Positions 35,201 through 47,500 of a stretch of DNA of 64,000 nt are shown here, in pieces (the stretch's first letter is position 1; each line of letters opens with the position of its first letter). The DNA is from Auanema rhodensis (lineage: Eukaryota; Animalia; Nematoda). The position numbers and the translations under genes are program-made. The notes beneath the pieces were generated by a model. It did no database searches. It was not told the origin of the DNA and was given only the letters and a program-made list of their open reading frames with translations. The stretch spans positions 10,354,001 to 10,418,000 of the forward strand of contig OZ059897.1 of the NCBI GenBank assembly GCA_964057225.1, given 5' to 3'.

Positions 35201-38200
35201 GTTTTCAAAAATAAAGACATCTTTCAATTTCTGGTCATTGAATTAGAATTTTCATGTTGTCACACAGAAATTGAAGAATCTTAGTTCATTTTAGTAACAA
35301 TGAACACACTAACTTTGTTAAGTTGTTGTAATATCGGCCCAAGTAGTATAGTGGTTAGTACTCCACGTTGTGGCCGTGGCGACACAGGTTCGATTCTTGT
35401 CTTGGGCATTTTTTGTTTTGAAATTAAAATGCTATAAACATATTGCTTGCTTGTCATGTTAGATTTGTTTAATTCAAATACTTATTTAAGTTCTAACAAT
35501 TTTTGATTAAATCACGTTCATTAAACTGTATTGTTTTCAAAAATAAAGACATCTTTCAATTTCTGGTCATTGAATTAGAATTTTCATGTTGTCACACAGA
35601 AATTGAAGAATCTTAGTTCATTTTAGTAACAATGAACACACTAACTTTGTTAAGTTGTTGTAATATCGGCCCAAGTAGTATAGTGGTTAGTACTCCACGT
35701 TGTGGCCGTGGCGACACAGGTTCGATTCTTGTCTTGGGCATTTTTTGTTTTGAAATTTAAATGCTATAAAATTATTGCTTGCTTGTCATGTTAGATTTGT
35801 TTAATTTAAATACTTATTAAAGTTCCAACAATTTTCGATTAAATCACATTCAATTAACTGTATTGTTTTCAAAAATAAAGACATCTTTCAATTTCTGGTC
35901 ATTGAATTAGAATTTTCATGTTGTCACACAGGAAATGAAGAATCTTAGTTCATTTCAGTAACAATGAACACAATAATTTGGTTTAGTTTGTAATACCGGC
36001 CCAAGTAGTATAGTGGTTAGTACTCCACGTTGTGGCCGTGGCGACACAGGTTCGATTCCTGTCTTGGGCATTTTTTGTTTTGAAATTTAAATGCTATAAA
36101 ATTATTGCTTGCTTGTCATGTTAGATTTGTTCAATTTAAATACTTATTTAAGTTCCAACAATTTTCGATTAAATCACGTTCAATTAACTGTATTGTTTTC
36201 AAAAATAAAGACAAAATTCAATTTCTGTTCATTGAATTAGAATTTTTATGTTGTCACACAGGAAATGAAGAATCTTAGTTCATTTCAGTAACAAGGAACA
36301 CAATAACTTTGTTTAGTTTGTAATACCGGCCCAAGTAGTATAGTGGTTAGTACTCCACGTTGTGGCCGTGGCGACACAGGTTCGATTCCTGTCTTGGGCA
36401 TTTTTTGTTTTGAAATTTAAATGCTATAAAATTATTGCTTGCTTGTCATGTTAGATTTGTTTAATTTGAATACTTATTTAGGTTCGAACAATTTTCGATT
36501 AAATCACGTTCATTAAACTGTATTGTTTTCAAAAATAAAGACAAAATTCAATTTCTGTTCATTGAATTAGAATTTTCATGTTGTCACACAGAAATTGAAG
36601 AATCTTAGTTCATTTCAGTAACAATGAACACACTAACTTTGTTAAGTTGTTGTAATATCGGCCCAAGTAGTATAGTGGTTAGTACTCCACGTTGTGGCCG
36701 TGGCGACACAGGTTCGATTCCTGTCTTGGGCATTTTTTGTTTTGAAATTTAAATGCTATGAAATTATTGCTTGCTTGTCATGTTAGATTTGTTTAATTTA
36801 AATACTTATTTAAGTTCCAACAATTTTCGATTAAATCACGTTCAATTAACTGTATTGTTTTCAAAAATAAAGACAAAATTCAATTTCTGTTCATTGAATT
36901 AGAATTTTTATGTTGTCACACAGGAAATGAAGAATCTTAGTTCATTTCAGTAACAATGAACACAATAACTTTGTTTAGTTTGTAATACCGGCCCAAGTAG
37001 TATAGTGGTTAGTACTCCACGTTGTGGCCGTGGCGACACAGGTTCGATTCCTGTCTTGGGCATTTTTTATTTTGAAATTAAAATGCTATAAAATTATTGC
37101 TTGCTTGTCATGTTAGATTTGTTTAATTCAAATACTTATTTAAGTTCTAACAATTTTTGATTAAATCACGTTCATTAAACTGTATTGTTTTCAAAAATAA
37201 AGACATCTTTCAATTTCTGGTCATTGAATTAGAATTTTCATGTTGTCACACAGGAAATGAAGAATCTTAGTTCATTTCAGTAACAAGGAACACAATAACT
37301 TTGTTTAGTTTGTAATACCGGCCCAAGTAGTATAGTGGTTAGTACTCCACGTTGTGGCCGTGGCGACACAGGTTCGATTCCTGTCTTGGGCATTTTTTGT
37401 TTTGAAATTTAAATGCTATAAAATTATTGCTTGCTTGTCATGTTAGATTTGTTTAATTTGAATACTTATTTAGGTTCGAACAATTTTCGATTAAATCACG
37501 TTCATTAAACTGTATTGTTTTCAAAAATAAAGACAAAATTCAATTTCTGTTCATTGAATTAGAATTTTCATGTTGTCACACAGAAATTGAAGAATCTTAG
37601 TTCATTTCAGTAACAATGAACACACTAACTTTGTTAAGTTGTTGTAATATCGGCCCAAGTAGTATAGTGGTTAGTACTCCACGTTGTGGCCGTGGCGACA
37701 CAGGTTCGATTCCTGTCTTGGGCATTTTTTGTTTTGAAATTTAAATGCTATGAAATTATTGCTTGCTTGTCATGTTAGATTTGTTTAATTTAAATACTTA
37801 TTTAAGTTCCAACAATTTTCGATTAAATCACGTTCAATTAACTGTATTGTTTTCAAAAATAAAGACAAAATTCAATTTCTGTTCATTGAATTAGAATTTT
37901 TATGTTGTCACACAGGAAATGAAGAATCTTAGTTCATTTCAGTAACAATGAACACAATAACTTTGTTTAGTTTGTAATACCGGCCCAAGTAGTATAGTGG
38001 TTAGTACTCCACGTTGTGGCCGTGGCGACACAGGTTCGATTCCTGTCTTGGGCATTTTTTATTTTGAAATTAAAATGCTATAAAATTATTGCTTGCTTGT
38101 CATGTTAGATTTGTTTAATTCAAATACTTATTTAAGTTCTAACAATTTTTGATTAAATCACGTTCATTAAACTGTATTGTTTTCAAAAATAAAGACATCT

Positions 38201-39795
38201 TTCAATTTCTGGTCATTGAATTAGAATTTTCATGTTGTCACACAGAAATTGAAGAATCTTAGTTCATTTTAGTAACAATGAACACACTAACTTTGTTAAG
38301 TTGTTGTAATATCGGCCCAAGTAGTATAGTGGTTAGTACTCCACGTTGTGGCCGTGGCGACACAGGTTCGATTCTTGTCTTGGGCATTTTTTGTTTTGAA
38401 ATTAAAATGCTATAAAATTATTGCTTGCTTGTCATGTTAGATTTGTTTAATTTAAATACTTATTTAAGTTCCAACAATTTTCGATTAAATCACGTTCAAT
38501 TAACTGTATTGTTTTCAAAAATAAAGACAAAATTCAATTTCTGTTCATTGAATTAGAATTTTTATGTTGTCACACAGGAAATGAAGAATCTTAGTTCATT
38601 TCAGTAACAATGAACACAATAACTTTGTTTAGTTTGTAATACCGGCCCAAGTAGTATAGTGGTTAGTACTCCACGTTGTGGCCGTGGCGACACAGGTTCG
38701 ATTCCTGTCTTGGGCATTTTTTATTTTGAAATTAAAATGCTATAAAATTATTGCTTGCTTGTCATGTTAGATTTGTTTAATTCAAATACTTATTTAAGTT
38801 CTAACAATTTTTGATTAAATCACGTTCATTAAACTGTATTGTTTTCAAAAATAAAGACATCTTTCAATTTCTGGTCATTGAATTAGAATTTTCATGTTGT
38901 CACACAGAAATTGAAGAATCTTAGTTCATTTTAGTAACAATGAACACACTAACTTTGTTAAGTTGTTGTAATATCGGCCCAAGTAGTATAGTGGTTAGTA
39001 CTCCACGTTGTGGCCGTGGCGACACAGGTTCGATTCTTGTCTTGGGCATTTTTTGTTTTGAAATTAAAATGCTATAAACATATTGCTTGCTTGTCATGTT
39101 AGATTTGTTTAATTTAAATACTTATCTAAGTTCTAACAATTTTTGATTTAATCACGTTCAATTAACTGTATTGTTTTCAAAAATAAAGACATCTTTCAAT
39201 TTCTGGTCATTGAATTAGAATTTTCATGTTGTCACACAGGAAATGAAGAATCTTAGTTCATTTCAGTAACAATGAACACAATAATTTGGTTTAGTTTGTA
39301 ATACCGGCCCAAGTAGTATAGTGGTTAGTACTCCACGTTGTGGCCGTGGCGACACAGGTTCGATTCCTGTCTTGGGCATTTTTTGTTTTGAAATTTAAAT
39401 GCTATAAAATTATTGCTTGCTTGTCATGTTAGATTTGTTTAATTTAAATACTTATTAAAGTTCCAACAATTTTCGATTAAATCACATTCAATTAACTGTA
39501 TTGTTTTCAAAAATAAAGACAAAATTCAACTTCTGTTCATTGAATTAGAATTTTCATGTTGTCACACAGAAATTGAAGATTCTTAGTTCATTTCAGTAAC
39601 AATGAACACACTAACTTTGTTAAGTTGTTGTAATATCGGCCCAAGTAGTATAGTGGTTAGTACTCCACGTTGTGGCCGTGGCGACACAGGTTCGATTCCT
39701 GTCTTGGGCATTTTTTGTTTTGAAATTTAAATGCTATGAAATTATTGCTTGCTTGTCATGTTAGATTTGTTCAATTTAAATACTTATTTAAGTTC
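29227..39795 (+). repeat. tRNA-His(GTG) tandem array block 3 (~32 genes)
   Basis: First tRNA 29375-29446, last 39639-39710. Confidence 0.97.
34343..34414 (+). tRNA. tRNA-His: tRNA-His(GTG), G52:U62 T-stem allele (first copy seen)
   Basis: T arm reads ACAGG-TTCGATT-CTTGT. Confidence 0.85.
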
Positions 39796-40132
39796 CGTTC
39801 CATTCGGAAATCAATACGTAGCAGGCGGGTTAGAATCAGACGACATGAGGCTGAGAGAGGACGACACGCCCTTCATATGGAACACAGACTTCAGCTTTGC
39901 CTTATGGAATGACTATGGATGGTTGGTCTTCCTTTCTTAGCTCTCTTTCACTTTATATCTTTATGTAGACTTATATAACTTATTGTAATCATGTAGACAT
40001 AATAAACCTTTCTTTCTCGAGTCTTATGTTTATCCATTATGCTCTTTATCTACCGCTACATCTGGAATACTATCACACTCATCTTGTAGGCTTTATTGGT
40101 CTATAGGATCGACGTGAGAGCATAACGGAACG
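39796..40132 (+). repeat. 5' LTR of element D (337 bp)
   Basis: CGTTCC...GGAACG, direct repeat of 50924-51260. Confidence 0.97.
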
Positions 40133-40145
40133 TGGAGGTTCCACC
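40133..40145 (+). promoter_or_regulatory. Primer-binding site of D (tRNA-Gln)
   Basis: TGGAGGTTCCACC directly after the LTR. Confidence 0.85.
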
Positions 40146-41541
40146 TCGAACATTTTTATCTTGATTTCTTGACTATTTTCTCTTATATTTCGTTATTTTT
40201 ACTACATTTCATTGAATCTGAATTCTCTTATATCTCTACACCATCTACTCCATGTCTTAACACAATACGGTGGGGCCAACAACGTTTAAAAGGGAACAGA
40301 TGCAAGGACCACTCCTTTTGGAGATGGATTTTATATTTTTTGAAACTGAAGTTATATTTTCCCGTTTGTTCACAATTTTCTGTCTGTCTGAACCCAACAA
40401 TTTTTATATCCTTGCTGTTAACATCAAATACTCTGTTACCCGAACTCGAAGCATTTTTGAGGACCCTAGGATGAATTAGTGAACAAATTCACCCAAGGAT
40501 AATTTTTATTGAGATTTATGCCCACACTTTCCCCTTTTAAGGATTGATTTTGGCTTCGAGGAAAGAATAGCCACGGTTATTTCTTTATTTTTGTGGATGA
40601 AACAATTTTGCGCACCAAATTGAGATTATTTCATATTTTGCGATCAGGACTATTTTATTTTGCGTTACATTTCTGTTCAGACAACTTTTTGCCATTAACA
40701 TCCGAAAATATTTTGATAACGCATTGAATTTACACGGGAAACCTCACCTAAATGGGAGGAATATTATGAAAAGTGAATTTTAAGATCGCTATAGTCCGAA
40801 AAATCCTGTACAATTTTACGAACTGAATTATTATTAGTGATTGTCTATCAGGTCGTGTTGGCTTAAGCATATCAGTTTGGATTTTCTCCCCTTACTATAT
40901 GTCACCTTCCTCATACCGTTATTGTTGTTTTGAAGCATAAGACTCATTCCTAAACACCATAATTCTTTAAATATAGTTATTGTAATCTTTAGTCATCTAT
41001 TCCTAGCCATAATTTTAAAACTAGATTTCTGATCATGATGGGACTACGGTACTCATTCGTTTTCCAAATTGCTTCCTTAAAAGAGTAATGCTATTACGAA
41101 TGTACATTATGAAAACCGCTAAAATCCTTTGAACATTTACCAAAGTCCATTTTCGTGGCATTTTCGATCACTCGTGAGTCCAAGAAGATCAGAATCGTCA
41201 GAAAAAGAAAAAAAATGGGAATAAGGACTAATGAGATTGCTCAGGCATCAATCAAGTAAGCACTGAACATTTTTTGAACATATACAAACTGGTTGAATTA
41301 TATACATTTAAGAATATTAAATTGGAAAGCGAACAAAGTCCAAATTTTCATACGGTAGTAGGCGGATCTCTGTTAAAGGCCACAACTTAGATTCATTCCT
41401 TAACGCCGACTATACAAACCAGTTACTCACAGCTTTCTCACCCCTTTTCCAAAACTCCTTATCCATAACACTCATTAACGTCTCAAAATCCCCCACGTTA
41501 CTAAACACTCAAGGTTTTTCCAAACCAAGAGCGCTACCAAA

Positions 41542-44500
41542 GTGGATAAGCGATTCCGATCAGCTGTACCTCTCAGTACACGAACTGATTTTGATCTGCG
41601 AGACTCAGCTCCACTCACCAGAAGCCGAGCTCGCGCACAAAGCATCGCTATAATCGAAGACGAGCAGAAAGCCGAGCACAAAACCGACAAGTTCTTTACT
41701 CCTCGTGCAGGCACTTATTCACCTACTGAACGATTAAGCGACGAGGATTACGTACCACCAGGAGGAGAAGAAACATCCATCATAGTGGAAGAACAAACAC
41801 CAGTTACTGCTAAAAAGGTACGCTCCTCTAATTCAAATAAAAATAAGAAAAATAAAAATAAAAACTCAAGCAAATCGGACGCATCTCTCTCTCTGTCCAT
41901 CCCTGAACCAACAGTTTCACCTTCAGTAGCCACTACTAGTGCAGGCGGTTTACAAACTTTTAAAAACATAGTTTCTGATCTCTTCAATCGTTCACCAAAA
42001 GATCGAAACTTGAACACCAGCCACACGAATAGATACTCGTCGGTTCCAAACATTAATTTATCTCCCATACAACCACCCGAACATACACATCTTGCTATTA
42101 CTGATAACCAAACTTCAACCCCAATTTTACCAAATACAACAACAGGAAGTTCAAAAGCACCAAACCAACCCAGCCGCTCAGTACACACAACCCCTGTGTC
42201 TGAGAACTCATTAACAACAGGCAGAGTGATAAAAATGCCATCTGCCCGTACAAATAATATGGCAACTGAACCTTCTTTACCTGGGGCAGGGAAAACTACC
42301 ATAGCGCAAGCCTTGTTATCACCCTACTGCCCAACTTATGATGGCAGTCGCAACTTTCGAGATTTCACGGCTAAATTCAACCTATTTGCCAACGCTGTAG
42401 GTCTGGTAATCCCGGAGAGATTAGCCCTTCTACCTTTGCTTCTTAAAAACGAAGCAGCGGAAGAAGCGTACAGGCAAGTACCTGAACAATTAAAAACCAC
42501 CGGTTCATGGAATGACCTGTTAAGAGCTTTAACATCTAAGCTGTGTCCTGAATATAATCAGGACCCCGCGCTAATCAATCTCCAAAATACAACCCAAGGG
42601 GATCTGACAATTGACGCTTACGCTCAATCACTGAGAACGATTGCACTAAGCGCTTTTGCCACGGATGACCCTCACAAAGATCACATATTAAGATCAACTT
42701 TCCTCAGAGGACTGAAAAATACTCTGAAACCAGCTGTGATTCGAGCGAAGCCAAAATCCTTCACGGATGCGATTGAGGCCGCTCGCTGGGAAGAATCGAT
42801 AATGAACCAGACAACAGACACGCAGTCCATGCTAGTCAATGCTGTAAACAAAGCACTAGCTCCTTTCGCGCGCACAAACGAGAGACGAGATAACCGAAAT
42901 TTCGACCGTAATTATCCACGTGATAACCAAAACAATAAAAATTATCATAATTATCAAAATTATCAGAAAAATAAAAACTTTTCAAAATATAATAACAACC
43001 AAAATCGTAACGGCTCTTTTGCTAATTATCGCCGTAACAATAATTATGAACGAAATTCGGGACGATTTAATAACAACTGGCATTCAAACAATTTTAATCC
43101 TTCAAACAATAGTAGAAGAGGAAGGACTAATGAACATAACGGACAAAGAAGAGTCCATTTTAACAATCAAAGAGATCAATCAAGAGGACGAGATAGAAGC
43201 ACACCACGAATTAACTCTGTGACCCTTTCACCGTTATCACTAACGGTTGTAATGGCAATCACAGTAGCAATTTTCCTGCCATGTGTAACTTCATATCAAA
43301 TTTGCACAAAAGCAACTGGAGGAGCCTTATTAGTTCCACCAGTAGTAAAGAAATGTAAATTAACAGAAACAAATCATGTGCTACGTACACAAATCCATTT
43401 ATACACGCGAAACCACACGGCTCACGAGTGGGACGCGTGGCGCTGCTCGAAGGAAGTACACAAGCTGTGTGTACGCGATTTGTTATTCCTCCGCGACACA
43501 AACAGAACAATCGATAGGGTGCAGCCTATAGCGGCGCACGAGTGCAGGCAGGCGATTCGCGATCGCAAATGGAATAACATGGAGCTGGAGAGAATCGATA
43601 GTATAGCACAAGCAACCCCAAAGCCCTCCTATGATCCGGCGCGCGCGTTTAGCCGCGACGAGTGCGAGGAGCGGCCGCGTTTAGTACTAGAGCGCGGAGT
43701 CATGACCCGCATGCCCGATGATACAATATTATCCAATTTAATACTAAACACTGAAGGTTGTAGTGCTCATCATGGTAATTGCAAATCAAATACATCAATA
43801 ATTATATGGGATCCCCAAACATCGGATTCCCGTTGTAATTATATCGATATGCATTACTACGATGCTATAATAAGCAAAGAAACTATTTTGATTCCAAGTA
43901 CACAATCAGCGCTTATCCTTTCGAGTAAAATAACACCAAAACCAATTGCATCCTGCTTTAGACAACCAGCATTCCATACAACATCAGGAAATTATATAAC
44001 ATTCCCCAAATATCCTAATGATAACAATATCACACTCCTAATTGAACGAGAATTTAAGAAATTGCCGTTCAAAAGACCTAAACGCGCAACTTCTACAAAA
44101 TGCTCATTCCCATTCGATCAGGATAGAATAAATGAAGTTGAAGATTTTGAAACGTACACGCTTCGAATTTGTCCATATCCATTTTTAAGACCACTTATGA
44201 GTAATCCAGGAATTACACAAATTATTCCTCTAATTAAAGGAAGACGTATGGTAGACCCTACATATTCCTTGAAAGAATGGATAATAGCCCATCGTGAAAA
44301 TTTTGAATTTTTCTTTAAAATTCAAATTTATGAGAAATCTTTAAGACATTTTCTCAAGCAATATGATTTCCGTGATAAAGACGAAGCCATTTTACAATAT
44401 GTTGCTCAAAGAGAATTAGCTTTAGCTACAAAAGCTGGAATATCTTATTTAACATCCAGGCAACTTCTTCAACAAATATCAGATCGTTTGACCGTTATTG

Positions 44501-47500
44501 AATTTGATCGGTTAATTCGTACAAAAGAAGGCACTTATCGAGAGCGTGCTGAAACTATTGCTCTTGATTTAGCCAATACACCAGTTATAATTGAAGACAA
44601 ATTAACAGTTCCATCAAGACAAGAAATATTAAAAGCATTCGTAAAAATGCCACCAATAAGGAAACAATTATTAACTGATCAAGAAGAAAGAAACAGCAAA
44701 TTTATAAAAGATACAATTGACCTTGTACATGAGCTAAAAACTCTCGTTACGCTTAGAAGAAATAAAACAGCAGCTGATATTGATGACATAAAATTTATAA
44801 ACCTTCCATCTTCACGAATGTTTGTACTTGATACTGATAAATTGTTCTATGACATCAAGAATAATTTTGGAATACCAATTGGACCACATCCCAAGCTCAT
44901 AGAGCCCAACAACATCTCTAAGGACTTATTATTGGAAATATTTTTACCACTACTAAACGATAATATTTTGCCTAATACATCTAGTAGAATATCATCAGAA
45001 CAGTTAAAAAGATTAATGACAGAGAAAATCCATCTTAAATCGTTGCAAACCACGACGCGTGCGCCAAGCAACGCGGCAGGCGGCGCGGCCGAGATGGCAG
45101 CCCTCCCTATAATCGATCGTGAGGCGCTGATCACAACAGATCCCGCAATACTGCCGCAAACATCTACAAGCCCTCGGGCAGCCGCAGCAACTACCGCGCG
45201 CGCGCCTTCATTGATGGCCCAGCCCGAAACAACGGCGCGCCATACAACCGCAACGACAACCGCGCGCGCAACAATATCGACCCGCACGCCGCCAACTACT
45301 ATTCTCTACGCTGTTCATCAAGATCAACAAATTCCAATAATGGAAGAAACAACATATACACCAATATCTTTGATTCGTAAACATAGAGCATCATCAACGC
45401 CTACAGCCACCGATATAGAGTCTGTACAGGCTAATGCTCAATACATTGCCACAAAAGTTGACTCTGAACAACAGTTTCGCCAAAACATAACAAGCAGAAT
45501 TGCACAAGATCATTTGCAATATGCTACAACTATGATTCAAGAAGAACTGCAGAAACATTTTAAAGAGTCATACGAATCAATATGTGAGATCCAAAATAGG
45601 TATCTTGAATTATGGAGATCAATTTTACAAATCGAACCAACAATAGCTATGCGTACAATACTGGGAAGAGAAGATATAGCCGCAAGATTTGTAGGCAGCG
45701 AGATATTACATATACATGTTTGCCCGGTAGTATTACAAAAGACTATATATCACAATCACACTGTGAATGGCACATGTTATCTCGAAACCCCAGTATTAAC
45801 ACAAGAAGGACAATTACTGTTTGCCGCACCAGGATCGAAAGACCTATTACCTCATGGTAAAGAAATTAACTGTGATCACGTACCAACAGACGTATGGTCA
45901 ACAGACGGTGAATGGAAAGGAATTAATGGTACTGTAGACGTCAGTCTTATATCCATGTGGGACGGACTTCATCATGAAAAGATCACGCCATTAAAATTCA
46001 CAGGAGCACACTTATACACCAACTTATCATCTCGAGTGTACTCAATGACAACAGCCATTGCTTATGGTGCTAGTTTAGCATCGATTCGTCAAAATCACGT
46101 GCTTCACACAATTCATCATGATCCAAAAATATCATCAGCATTCAGCATATTGAAGAAAAGTAGTGATTACATCTCCAAAGCCAATGAATTCACCAAAAGT
46201 ACATGGAATTCATTTGTCGATACAATAGCAGGAACGATTGAACGAACACTCATCACTATTGGAGCAATTACAATTATTGTAGTTATACTGATCGTACTAG
46301 CCTTCGTTGCGAAAATATATTTTTTCAAACCAATAGGCATGCAAGTTATGCATATCGAACTCCGAGATCAAACCAACGATCTTCCCACATACGAAGAAAC
46401 ATTAGAGCTAGTAAGTCAACCTGATCAGCCAATACCAAGGAACATAATGAAACAGTACTATCCATCGTTTCTCACTTTAGTTCCACTAGCTATGCCCATA
46501 GTTTGTTCAGTTTCCAATCGCAAAGACCAAACTCTACCATTGTTATTGATGACTGTTAACGATAGACTAATCCTAACTCTTTGGGATTCAGGATCATCGA
46601 TTAGTTATATCAGACTCTCGACATTACATTACTTAACTTTGAATGATTTTGTAAAAAAGGATAAATCAGTTGCAACGACAGCAAACGGATCAGAATTTCG
46701 ATTTCTGGGAACAATTGATTTAACCGTAGAAATCGCTGGATATGAAATAGATCATACATTCTTCATTTCAAGAGATGAAGACTGTCCATCACCAGCATTA
46801 AGTGGATTAGATTTTATGAAAACACTCGATCGTCAAAATATCGGTATGAAACTTCGACCATTCAAACAAACGTTAGAAATCGGAAACCGCGTAGTACCGT
46901 TAGCCAATGGAAATAACGGGAATATCAGAAAAACATCATTTGCCATTAATTTGATAAATTTAAATCCACAATGTATCTTTCCTCATCAGACCTGTAGAAT
47001 ACCAGTAAGGTTAGCTGAACCCATATCACACAACGAAGTCGCCGTGCTACAACCCGATGAAGAAAAGACGATATCTACCACCTACGAAACAGCATTTCGA
47101 GACGTCAATTCAATTACCATGCCATTCAAAAACAACACTGATCATCCTATAGATCTATCACCCGGAAACATTATTGACAAAGCAAAAATAGGCGTACTGC
47201 CACAATACGAGATCTTTACGACCGAACACAATCCAGACTATATACCACCAGAAGCAGATTGGGAAAATAAATTACCTCATTTTCCTCAGGACTTTATGAA
47301 CGATCTTGATTTAAAAGACGCCGACCTAACTAAAGAACAAAAAGATCTTCTTCAGCTTTGTATTCTCCGTAATAGAGATGCATTTTTAAATGAGGATAAA
47401 CAAATAGGACTATTTAAAGGACCTGTAGAGCATTCAATACCTCTAAGAACAGATATGGACATGCCTAGACCGCGTATAACGCGTATCCCTATAGGCAAAC

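Noticed and set aside
40169-40479. Small ORFs in the D and C leader
   Set aside because: Frames differ between the near-identical C and D copies through a 1-nt indel, and there is no counterpart in B.
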